A stretch of 64,000 nt of DNA from a virus: the IMG/VR virus record IMGVR_UViG_3300032235_000792, one strand, 5' to 3'. The position numbers were made by a program, and so were the translations under genes. Under the pieces are notes generated by a model. That model made no database searches. It was not told the DNA's origin and worked only from the letters and a program-made list of their open reading frames with translations. Shown here in pieces: positions 10,971 through 19,871 of this stretch (the stretch's first letter is position 1; each line of letters begins with the position of its first letter).

Positions 10971-13634
10971 ATGTCAGTAAATCAAATTAAAGGCAAGTTT
11001 GTTAAATTATCTAACAATGAGGCCTTATCGTCAAAAAATCAAGCTGGTGATGGAAACGTAGACATCCTGAAGGTTGATACCTCTGATGAAGTTATACTAT
11101 TAAAGCTTCCTATAGTAGATGATGGAGTTAGCCCTTCGTCTAACGTATCTACTGAGGCTTATGTTGATCAAGAGATCGCATCAGTAAATGATAGAATTCA
11201 AGATCACGTTGACGGTGTTGCTGAAAAGCACAGCGCAGCAGATATTGAAGTATCTCCATCTGGTGATCTATCTTCTACAAACATTCAATCAGCGCTAGAA
11301 GAAATTCAGAACGATGCCTCTCAAGGGATCTCTGACGCTGCTACGGCGCAATCTGCAATAAACAGCCACATTGCTGATTCTACAGATGCACACGATGCTT
11401 CTGCTATATCAGTATCACCTACTGGTAACCTTGGATCTACAGACGTTCAAGCTGCTCTACAAGAGTTGCAAGGTGACGTTGACGATATCAACGATACATT
11501 ATCTAATTTAAGTGCAGAAGCTTCGGCTATCACAGTTGTTCCAGCTGGTAATATTGGATCTACTAATGTTCAAGCTGCTATTGAAGAATTAGATTCTGAA
11601 AAAGTAGCTAAAGCTGGCGACACAATGACTGGCTTTCTTACATTGCACGCTGATCCAACGGCAGACATGCATGCCTCTACAAAGAAGTACGTTGATGATG
11701 AAATCGGTGCTCTTAGCTTTGAAGCTTCTGCCATCTCCGTTTCTCCTACTGGAAACCTCGGATCTACTGATGTTCAAGCGGCTTTACAAGAGTTACAAGG
11801 CGATGTAGACGGAATAAACACAACTATTGGAAATCTTAGTTTTGAAGCAGATGCAATAGCTTTTACCCCTGCTGGCGATATTGGTTCTACCGATGTTCAA
11901 GCTGCTATTGAAGAATTAGATTCTGAAAAAGTAGCTAAAGCTGGCGATGAAATGACTGGCTTTCTTACTTTACATGCAGATCCAACATCTGATTATCATG
12001 CTGCAACTAAGAAATACGTTGATGCTGTTGCTGAAGGACTTCATGTTCATAGCCCAGCTAGATTACTTGCAGACTTCGATCTAGACGGCTCATACAATAA
12101 CGGTGTTGACGGTGTTGGTGCTTACTTAGACGTAAGTGGATCTCCTATTGCAGGAATCGATGGCGTTTCTTCTTTTAATGTCGGAGACAGAATCATAGTA
12201 GCATTACAAAATGGTAATGTGCTTGACCCTGAAAACGGTGTTTATTTTATTGCTGATTCGGCAGACATAAACGGCAACGGCGATATTATAAAATTAACAA
12301 GAACATCTGATTTTAATACTCCTACTGAAATGGCTGGCGGAGACTTTATCTTTGTTCAAGATGGTTCTCAATATGCTGATAGTGGTTGGGTAATGACAGA
12401 AACTGTTACATCAGTTGGTGTTACACCTGTTAAGTTTGTTCAGTTTTCTGGTGCAGGAACATACCTTCCAGGTGATGCATTGTCTTTAACTGGTGGTGAG
12501 TTTGATGTACTTTTTGATAATTTTACAATCGGCATTAACGGGGTTAACCAATTAGAGGTTAAAGACGATTCTATAAATGAATTTAAATTACAAGATAATT
12601 CAGTAACTGGTGCCAAATTAAACATGGATGTAGCTGGTGACGGCTTAAGCCAAGGTATGATGGGTGAGTTACAAGTTAATGTAGATTCGATGTCCCTTGA
12701 AATTTCAATGGACGCACTCAGAATCAAAGACCAGGGTGTTACTGAGTTTAAACTAGGTGATTTATCTGTATCTACTTTTAAATTGCAAGATGACTCTGTA
12801 ACTGCTGCCAAATTAAACATGGATGTAGCTGGTGACGGTTTAATCCAAGGTATGATGGGTGAACTACAGGTCAACACTGACAACATGTCCCTTGAAATTT
12901 CAATGGACACACTTAGAATCAAAGATCAAGGTGTTACTGAATTTAAACTAGGTGATTTATCTGTTTCTACTTTTAAACTACAAGATGACTCTGTTACTGC
13001 AGCTAAGATCAACATGGATGTAGCTGGTGACGGTTTGATCCAAGGTATGATGGGTGAGTTACAAGTTAATGTAGACTCAATGTCTATAGAAATTTCGATG
13101 GACACACTTAGAATCAAAGACCAGGGTGTTACTGAGTTTAAACTAGGTGATTTATCTGTATCTACTTTTAAATTGCAAGATGACTCTGTTACTGCAGCTA
13201 AGATCAACATGGATGTAGCTGGTGACGGTTTAATCCAAGGTATGATGGGTGAGTTACAAGTTAATGTAGGTTACGGGCTTGAAATACTATCTGATGCTGT
13301 TAAAATTAAGCCTGAATTCACAGGTACTGCAGACATATCTATAAGCAGCAATGGTTTAAGCATAGTAAATAGATTCAACAAAGAAGTGTATCAAATATCT
13401 TCAACTTTAGGGGCTGGTGCATATTTTGATCTTGCTTTTGAAATTGAACCTAACTCTATGCATGCATTTGTTGATCGTCTAGCAATTCATGAAGGCATAG
13501 ATTACGACTATACTATCAGTACTGTAGGTAGCGTTAGCCGAGTTACTTTCATAAATGCCTTAGTCACCCCAGGTCAACAGCAATTAACTGCTGGTGATAC
13601 TGTTTTCTTCAGTTATCAGAAAAAAGCAAATTAA
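10971..13634 (+). CDS. Repeat-rich tail/head fibre protein
   Basis: STDVQAALQEL repeats, GDTMTGFLTLHADP...ATKKYVD fibre motifs, 65-aa tandem repeats. Confidence 0.7.
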   Translation: MSVNQIKGKFVKLSNNEALSSKNQAGDGNVDILKVDTSDEVILLKLPIVDDGVSPSSNVSTEAYVDQEIASVNDRIQDHVDGVAEKHSAADIEVSPSGDLSSTNIQSALEEIQNDASQGISDAATAQSAINSHIADSTDAHDASAISVSPTGNLGSTDVQAALQELQGDVDDINDTLSNLSAEASAITVVPAGNIGSTNVQAAIEELDSEKVAKAGDTMTGFLTLHADPTADMHASTKKYVDDEIGALSFEASAISVSPTGNLGSTDVQAALQELQGDVDGINTTIGNLSFEADAIAFTPAGDIGSTDVQAAIEELDSEKVAKAGDEMTGFLTLHADPTSDYHAATKKYVDAVAEGLHVHSPARLLADFDLDGSYNNGVDGVGAYLDVSGSPIAGIDGVSSFNVGDRIIVALQNGNVLDPENGVYFIADSADINGNGDIIKLTRTSDFNTPTEMAGGDFIFVQDGSQYADSGWVMTETVTSVGVTPVKFVQFSGAGTYLPGDALSLTGGEFDVLFDNFTIGINGVNQLEVKDDSINEFKLQDNSVTGAKLNMDVAGDGLSQGMMGELQVNVDSMSLEISMDALRIKDQGVTEFKLGDLSVSTFKLQDDSVTAAKLNMDVAGDGLIQGMMGELQVNTDNMSLEISMDTLRIKDQGVTEFKLGDLSVSTFKLQDDSVTAAKINMDVAGDGLIQGMMGELQVNVDSMSIEISMDTLRIKDQGVTEFKLGDLSVSTFKLQDDSVTAAKINMDVAGDGLIQGMMGELQVNVGYGLEILSDAVKIKPEFTGTADISISSNGLSIVNRFNKEVYQISSTLGAGAYFDLAFEIEPNSMHAFVDRLAIHEGIDYDYTISTVGSVSRVTFINALVTPGQQQLTAGDTVFFSYQKKAN
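11397..12024 (+). repeat. 327-bp (109 aa) tandem duplication within fibre gene
   Basis: GAAGAATTAGATTCTGAAAAAGTAGCTAAAGCTGGCGA at 11583 and 11910 (offset 327). Confidence 0.9.
12570..13270 (+). repeat. 195-bp (65 aa) coding tandem repeat, about 3.5 copies
   Basis: AACATGGATGTAGCTGGTGACGG at 12621, 12816, 13011 and 13206. Confidence 0.95.
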
Positions 13635-13663
13635 TTTTTTAAAAAATTAGTCGTTAAAATTTA

Positions 13664-13685
13664 GGGTGCAACATGAGTTGCACCC
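13664..13685 (+). promoter_or_regulatory. 5'-UTR hairpin GGGTGCAAC-ATGA-GTTGCACCC
   Basis: Perfect 9-bp stem directly downstream of TAAAAT (13655-13660) and upstream of the SD of 13706. Confidence 0.6.
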
Positions 13686-13705
13686 CAATAAACAAAAGGA
13701 TTTAT

Positions 13706-15988
13706 ATGTCTTTATCAATTAACCCAAAGTTCCTATCCGGACTAATGACAACGGATCAGGAACTTTTAAATGAAGCGCAGGTTAGACAGGACGCCGATAC
13801 GGAGTTGCAGTCTAATATTGATGATGAATCATCAGCGCGACAAGCAGCTGATGCTGCGGAAGCTGCCCTTAGAGAAGCTGCAGATTTAGCTGAAGCTTCT
13901 GCTAGACAAGCAGCAATAGACGCTGAAGTTTTAGCTAGAAACGCTGCTATTTCTGTTGCAGTTACAGCAGAACAGCAAGCTAGAGAGCTATTCGATGGAA
14001 TGCTTGATGCTAAAATTGATCAAGAAATTTCGGATAGACAGGCTGCCGATACACAGCTTAGTGATACTATTTCAAGCACAGCAACTTCTCTCATGGGAAC
14101 AATCGGTGCTGTAAATGATAGAGCTCTTGCCGCAGAACTAGTTCTTGACGGAAAAATTGAAGCTGAAAAGTCTCGTATCGATGCTATACTTTCTGCTTCT
14201 GACGCTGACAAAGATTCATTTGCTGAAATCGTTACTTTAATTAACTCAGTAGACACAACCAACGATCAAGCCTTTGCTGGATACGTGTCGTCTAACGATG
14301 CTAGAGTTTCAGAGGTTGAATCTGATTTAGCTCAAGAATCATCGGATCGTCAATCTGCTGTTCAAGGTGTACAATCTAATTTAGATAGTGCTGTATCTTC
14401 AATAAATACTTCAGTAAACAGCTTACAAAGCCAAATTACATCTGAAAATAGCAGAGCTCTTGCAGCAGAAGCTTCTCTTCAGTCTGAAATTAACGCTGAA
14501 GAATCTCGTGCTATGGGTGTTGAAGCTGAACTTCAATCTGACTTAGATGATCTTGACGGTTATGCTCAAGATATTAGATCTGACTTAGATGATCTTGATG
14601 GCTATGCTCAAGATATCAGATCAGATGTTGACCTTCTTGAGTCTAGTGTAAGCTCTGAATCATCAGCTAGACAACTTGCTGATCAAAGCTTACAATCTCA
14701 GATTAATACTGAAAAGTCTCGTATCGATGCTATGCTTTCTGCAGCAGACGAAGATAAAAACAGTTTTGCTGAAATTTCTTCATTAATAGAGTCTACTAGT
14801 TCTTCTCTTCAATCTAGCATAAGCTCTGAATCATCAGCTAGACAACTTGCTGATCAAGGCTTGCAATCTCAGATTGATACTGAAAAATCTCGTATCGATG
14901 CTATGCTTTCTGCTTCTGAAGCTGACAAAGATTCATTTGCTGAAATCGTTACTTTAATTAACTCTATTGATACTACAAACAGTGAAGGCTTTGCGTCTTA
15001 TGTTATATCTAATAATGCTAGAGTTTCAGAGGTTGAGTCTGATCTATCTCAAGAAGCATTAGACAGACAATCGGGTGACTCTGCTCTTGATGAAAGAATT
15101 GTTCCTATGGAAGAAATTCTTGAGTTCGAGAAAGCAATTGCTTATGAGAATAATTCAGCAGTTTATGCTGATGCTCAACCTGGTATAGAAGATGCTAGCT
15201 TAAGACCTGGTTGGTATTACAAGAATTCAGTAGCTGGTCAAAAAATTAACTGGTATTTCTTTGATGGTGTAAATCAAGCAAATGTAAGTCTTGGTGACTT
15301 ATCTGCTTACGCGGTCATGACGTTTGATTCAGTGTCTCCTGTTAAATCGCCTATTATGGCTGTTTATACAATGCCAACTGGTACAAATGACATCATGCCA
15401 GGATTCGCTCATTCAAGAGTTGTTTACTCTGGTCTAAGCGTTACTCCTTCAGCTGGCAAAAAGTATTTAGTATATTTTGGACAAAACCCTGCAATTCACC
15501 CTGAATTACCTAGAATACAATTATCTATGAGTACTAGTAATTCTGTTGGCGAAAAAAATCCTTCAGAAAGAGTTCTTACTACTTCTTTTGGGTCTAATTC
15601 TAGTGATGGAGTAAATACTGTTCAATTTATGGTTGAAGCTTTAGGTGTTAGCTCATCATCTTTTAAAGGTGAAGTTGAGTTAAAAATCCGTGGTGCTTCA
15701 CTTAAAAAACTTGAAGATATTACTTCTAGATTAGCAGCTATTGAAGATAACGGTTTTTCAAACGGTAACGTTACTGTTGGTGCAGAACTAGGATACGTAG
15801 ACCTTGATAGACAGTACTCTAAGCTTATGTCTGTCTCTATTGGTCGTCTAGCGATTCACGAAGGTGAAGACTTTACTGTTTCCGTTGTAGACGGAAAAAC
15901 TAGATTAACCTGGATTAACTCTTTAGCAGTTGGTGGCGATCAAGCTATTCAAACTGGCGATAGAGTTTTCTTCGTTGGCGCTTACTAA
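13706..15988 (+). CDS. Long coiled-coil fibre (fibritin/whisker-like) with globular tip
   Basis: Heptad-rich Ala/Glu/Ser region with internal repeats. SD AAGGA favours ATG 13706 over 13673. Confidence 0.7.
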   Translation: MSLSINPKFLSGLMTTDQELLNEAQVRQDADTELQSNIDDESSARQAADAAEAALREAADLAEASARQAAIDAEVLARNAAISVAVTAEQQARELFDGMLDAKIDQEISDRQAADTQLSDTISSTATSLMGTIGAVNDRALAAELVLDGKIEAEKSRIDAILSASDADKDSFAEIVTLINSVDTTNDQAFAGYVSSNDARVSEVESDLAQESSDRQSAVQGVQSNLDSAVSSINTSVNSLQSQITSENSRALAAEASLQSEINAEESRAMGVEAELQSDLDDLDGYAQDIRSDLDDLDGYAQDIRSDVDLLESSVSSESSARQLADQSLQSQINTEKSRIDAMLSAADEDKNSFAEISSLIESTSSSLQSSISSESSARQLADQGLQSQIDTEKSRIDAMLSASEADKDSFAEIVTLINSIDTTNSEGFASYVISNNARVSEVESDLSQEALDRQSGDSALDERIVPMEEILEFEKAIAYENNSAVYADAQPGIEDASLRPGWYYKNSVAGQKINWYFFDGVNQANVSLGDLSAYAVMTFDSVSPVKSPIMAVYTMPTGTNDIMPGFAHSRVVYSGLSVTPSAGKKYLVYFGQNPAIHPELPRIQLSMSTSNSVGEKNPSERVLTTSFGSNSSDGVNTVQFMVEALGVSSSSFKGEVELKIRGASLKKLEDITSRLAAIEDNGFSNGNVTVGAELGYVDLDRQYSKLMSVSIGRLAIHEGEDFTVSVVDGKTRLTWINSLAVGGDQAIQTGDRVFFVGAY
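14537..14960 (+). repeat. 42-bp (SDLDDLDGYAQDIR x2) and 171-bp coding repeats
   Basis: TCTGACTTAGATGATCTTGA at 14537 and 14579. AAGCTCTGAATCATCAGCTAGACAACTTGC at 14650 and 14821. Confidence 0.9.
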
Positions 15989-15993
15989 TCAAC

Positions 15994-16030
15994 AAAGATG
16001 GCACCGATACTACTCGGTGTCATCTTTATT
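15994..16030 (+). terminator. Intrinsic terminator
   Basis: AAAGATGGCACCGA-TACTAC-TCGGTGTCATCTTT 14-bp stem ending in a T-run, just after stop 15988. Confidence 0.75.
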
Positions 16031-16097
16031 AAATGTTTTGAATTAATTATTAAAATATTTAAGAAGGAAATTAATCCTTCTTTTATAGGGAGAAAAA

Positions 16098-17708
16098 ATG
16101 GCTATTTATACTGTGCGGAAAGACGGAAGTGGCACGCACACCACTATTCAACTTGCTATGTTTCAAGCAACAACTGGTGACATTATTGATGTTGGGCCAG
16201 GGGTCTTTGAAGAGAATGTTGATTTTTATAAGTCAGGTATTACCTTAAGAGGTGCTGGTAAAGAACAAACAGAAATTAAAGGTATTCAAGAAGCAAATGT
16301 AACTAAATCTTGTAGTTGGGCAGTTGGTGCCACAACTCTTTCGTTTCCTGGTGGAACTTCAGGGTTTGCAGTTGGAAGATTTCTTTCTGGTTCAGGTTTA
16401 GCGACTAACACTAGAATTACTTCAGTTTCTCCAACTTCTATAACTATTTCTGCCGCAGCTACTGTAGCTAAAACAAATCAATCTGTAGTTATGCCGCTAA
16501 TACCTTCAACTATTGTTGTTCGTGGTGCAAATCACACGATTCAAGATTTAAAAATTACTGCGCCTCAAGCGTTAGAGTCAAGGTGTCTTGCAGACAACGG
16601 AGCAATCTTTTTTAGAAATACGGGGAACGGCGAGGCCGCTGCTTCTGGATATATTCTTCAAGATTGTATTATTGAAGCAAGAGGTGAATCAGCAATAATG
16701 ACTGATGCTGCCGCTGGAGTTGGGAACGGGATTATCCGTAGAAACATAATTCAGGGTCAGACATTTGTTGGTGCTGCTGCCGCTCAAGTTCCAGCTTTTG
16801 GTACTATGACTAAAACAGGTACAGTTTTATCTGCTAGAACTATTCAGTTCAGTGATCTAAGTGGTATTACCGCACCACATGCTGGTAACTCTCAAGGAAG
16901 TGAGATTACTCCGGGATTGCGAGTTGCTTCAATTAGTGGAAATATCGTTACAGTTACTGCGAACATCCCTGACGCTGTAGGAACTTCGCGTTCTTTTTCT
17001 TTTGTTAACGTACAGTTTAACTATCCTAACGTTGCAAGGCAGTTAGTCGTTATTCAAGGTAATAACATTGCAACACAATTTTTAAACAATACAGTTAAGG
17101 GCACCACTGGAAGCGGGATTTCTTTTAACACAGCCGTAACTATTGACTCAGCGAACTCTCCTGTTACTTCGAATATCTTAAAAGGTAGTTTTAAATTTGG
17201 GTATGCATTGAGAGCAAGAGGTGCAAACTCTGGAACAAACGTTACTAGCAACGTAAACTACTCTCTACCTGGAAACGAGAACGCTGGTTATTTGATTGGA
17301 CCTACTGGATCACAGGTGGCTGGTTATACTATAGGAACAAACTCAACGGTTGTAAAAAGTCTAGTTTCTGCATCTCAATCTGTTGCTGGACAGCCAGTTG
17401 CGACAAGCCTAGATAAAGCTCAATTAAAACTTGTACCTAAAGTTTCTAGTTCTACAGCTTTTAGCGATGATACAACTTGGGAACTTGTTTCTTGTATTTA
17501 CAAGAAAGTTGGTGGCTCTCAAAGAATGAGTATATCTTTTAGAGATTTTTCTGCTCAAAAACTTGGAAAGCTTAAGCTAGGTATGTCTGGTGGTGATAGT
17601 TTTGAATTACATAAAATTATCATCTCTAAATCAGATAGAACCTTACTTGTTCTTAATCGTTCAGACATTGCAGATGCTCCTGATAACGATTTTTCTTTAA
17701 AGTCTTAA
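16098..17708 (+). CDS. Pectin-lyase-like beta-helix protein (tailspike/depolymerase-like)
   Basis: N-terminal TVRKDGSGTHTTIQLAM...GDIIDVGPGVFEENV pectinesterase-like start and beta-helix-like periodicity. Confidence 0.6.
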   Translation: MAIYTVRKDGSGTHTTIQLAMFQATTGDIIDVGPGVFEENVDFYKSGITLRGAGKEQTEIKGIQEANVTKSCSWAVGATTLSFPGGTSGFAVGRFLSGSGLATNTRITSVSPTSITISAAATVAKTNQSVVMPLIPSTIVVRGANHTIQDLKITAPQALESRCLADNGAIFFRNTGNGEAAASGYILQDCIIEARGESAIMTDAAAGVGNGIIRRNIIQGQTFVGAAAAQVPAFGTMTKTGTVLSARTIQFSDLSGITAPHAGNSQGSEITPGLRVASISGNIVTVTANIPDAVGTSRSFSFVNVQFNYPNVARQLVVIQGNNIATQFLNNTVKGTTGSGISFNTAVTIDSANSPVTSNILKGSFKFGYALRARGANSGTNVTSNVNYSLPGNENAGYLIGPTGSQVAGYTIGTNSTVVKSLVSASQSVAGQPVATSLDKAQLKLVPKVSSSTAFSDDTTWELVSCIYKKVGGSQRMSISFRDFSAQKLGKLKLGMSGGDSFELHKIIISKSDRTLLVLNRSDIADAPDNDFSLKS

Positions 17709-17722
17709 CTTACTTTACTGTG

Positions 17723-17740
17723 TAGGGGCGAAAGCCCCTA
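17723..17740. terminator. GC-rich GAAA-tetraloop hairpin (terminator or mRNA stabiliser)
   Basis: TAGGGGC-GAAA-GCCCCTA after stop 17708. No clear U-tract. Confidence 0.55.
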
Positions 17741-17873
17741 TACATCTAAGTTCATTAATGAGAAATCATCTGTTCCTTAGTGATATCAATAGCTTATAAA
17801 TAGTATTCTTAAATTATTTTCATTTTAAAACTAAAACATATTTTTAAATATAAATTACATAAGTAATTATGCG

Positions 17874-17880
17874 GTATAAT
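17874..17880 (+). promoter_or_regulatory. GTATAAT -10 promoter
   Basis: End of an AT-rich intergenic region upstream of 17914. Confidence 0.7.
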
Positions 17881-17913
17881 ATCATATAATTACGTAAGTA
17901 TTTTAGAGGAAAT

Positions 17914-19863
17914 ATGTCATTAACTAGACAGAATCTACAGCAAATAGAATCAAAGACTATAAAATTTAAGAACTTAGGGTTTTCCTCAAATGTATCTCTA
18001 AACAATATATTAGACAGTATTGACTCAGATCTAGACTTTCCTTTAAAATTATCGGCGACGTTTCCTTCAAATAATTCTAAATTAAATATATCTGGAACAA
18101 CAGTGGTTGCGCCAGACGGTGCCAATAAGATAATATCTCCAATTAAGAAACAGATATTCTCAGATATACCAGATCTTTGGGTAGATTTTCAATTAAAGAC
18201 AGTTTCTCACTCAGATTTATTTGATTTGACATGGCCAACAACCAATAACATAGGTTCTTACAGACGTTTGGCAATAAGTTTAAATAAGTTTGGTAAGGTT
18301 AGTATTGTTTTTTCTGATGAACAATTAGTTTTGGCTGACTTAGAAGATCCATCATCTTTGTTTCCAAGAGAATCGTATCCTATTGGATACATAGATCTAG
18401 AGTGTAATAGTTCTCTTGGTAGATTTAAAACTCCGGGGCAAGTTTCTAATATTATCTCAAATGAGACTATAAATAGATTTGAATCTGGTGGAGGAGCTAG
18501 CGGTAGCTCATTTGAAGGTCAACTAATAGATGGAGAACCAGTTGTTGCTCCAGATGTAGGAAATCTTAACGCGGTTTACTACAATGAAATAACTCAAAGA
18601 TACGAGAAAGCAAACGCCTCAAATGTATCTACTAGAAGTGCGGTAGGCCTTTACGATGCGGAAAATAATACTGTTGTGTTTAGTGGCGTTGTAAACTTTA
18701 CACATGCAGAGTTGCCATACACAAATGTATATTTATCAGAAGATATAGATGGTGGTATAACACTTGGAACAACCTCTACTATTTTAGGGCACACACTATA
18801 CTTTAATAAGCTATTCGTATCTCCTACAGTAAGTGAATCAACGAGCGGAACTATAACGGATCCTAACGGAGATAAATTCTTACTACTACAACCGGATTTA
18901 ATAAAAACTCTGGTTCTAGAATCTGAAGGCGGATCTAAGTACAGCGTGTTAGTATCTAATGACGGTGTTTTAAGTACTGAGCCAACTACAGAATTAGCAT
19001 CTTCTATCTTTAGAACGACTAAGCCTAATGGTACATATGCTAAAATTGGCGTATTAGATGACGGTACACTTTATACAGAAGATACATCTGATTTATCTAT
19101 ACTTATAGATGACTTTTTTTACATTAACTCGCCAGATTTAAACGCATGGAAATTTACAATTGATGATAGTGGCAATATAGTAACTAAAACACATGCTAAT
19201 AATTTTTATGTGTCAGCGACACCTAATAACCTTCTTGAGGTAAGACAATTAGTTTCTGGTAGGGGCAGTGTAGCTTTTCCAAACATACAATCATTTGATC
19301 TAATAGAGCCGCAGCAGACTTCCCCAAGAGAGGGTTTGACATCTTTTTCTGTACTCAAAGATAATGCAAATGAAAATGGTGTTTTAGTTTCTTTCAATAA
19401 CGAAAACGTATGGTCATCAGTTGGATCAACAGTAGGAGATGTCAAGCAGTCTGTTTTAACAGAAGAACAATTCCTATCACTTAACGGAAATGCTTGGGCA
19501 TTAATGGACGGTAGAGACGTAACTGGGTCTGTTTACCACGCTATAACTGGTAATATAGTAATACCAGATATGGTAACTCAAGGAGCATTCTTGAGACAAG
19601 CCACAGATGGAAGAGCCCTAGGCTCATATGAGGCAGATGCATTGCAGGGTCACCATCATTTAATGCAAGATGATCTTAATGGTGGTGGCCAAATGACTTT
19701 TAGTCACGCACCTGGATACAGAAGTTACGCCACTCCGACACACACAATGTTATCTGTTAGGGCAACAACACTGCTAGACGATGGCGTAAACGGTACTCCT
19801 AGAGTAGCTAATGAAACTAGATCTAAAAACGTAGCAATAAACTTTTTTATTAAGATAAATTAA
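17914..19863 (+). CDS. Short tail fibre-like protein with tail-collar domain
   Basis: C-terminal VGDVKQS...WALMDG...IPDM..GAFLR...LGSYEADALQGHHH...ETRSKNVAINFFIKIN collar and tip motifs. Confidence 0.75.
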   Translation: MSLTRQNLQQIESKTIKFKNLGFSSNVSLNNILDSIDSDLDFPLKLSATFPSNNSKLNISGTTVVAPDGANKIISPIKKQIFSDIPDLWVDFQLKTVSHSDLFDLTWPTTNNIGSYRRLAISLNKFGKVSIVFSDEQLVLADLEDPSSLFPRESYPIGYIDLECNSSLGRFKTPGQVSNIISNETINRFESGGGASGSSFEGQLIDGEPVVAPDVGNLNAVYYNEITQRYEKANASNVSTRSAVGLYDAENNTVVFSGVVNFTHAELPYTNVYLSEDIDGGITLGTTSTILGHTLYFNKLFVSPTVSESTSGTITDPNGDKFLLLQPDLIKTLVLESEGGSKYSVLVSNDGVLSTEPTTELASSIFRTTKPNGTYAKIGVLDDGTLYTEDTSDLSILIDDFFYINSPDLNAWKFTIDDSGNIVTKTHANNFYVSATPNNLLEVRQLVSGRGSVAFPNIQSFDLIEPQQTSPREGLTSFSVLKDNANENGVLVSFNNENVWSSVGSTVGDVKQSVLTEEQFLSLNGNAWALMDGRDVTGSVYHAITGNIVIPDMVTQGAFLRQATDGRALGSYEADALQGHHHLMQDDLNGGGQMTFSHAPGYRSYATPTHTMLSVRATTLLDDGVNGTPRVANETRSKNVAINFFIKIN

Positions 19864-19871
19864 GGGATTTT

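Noticed and set aside
12570-13270. Possible CRISPR array
   Set aside because: The 195-bp units are in-frame coding repeats with no unique spacers and no cas genes.
15998-16180. 60-aa ORF
   Set aside because: Starts inside a terminator hairpin, has no SD and overlaps the real gene at 16098.
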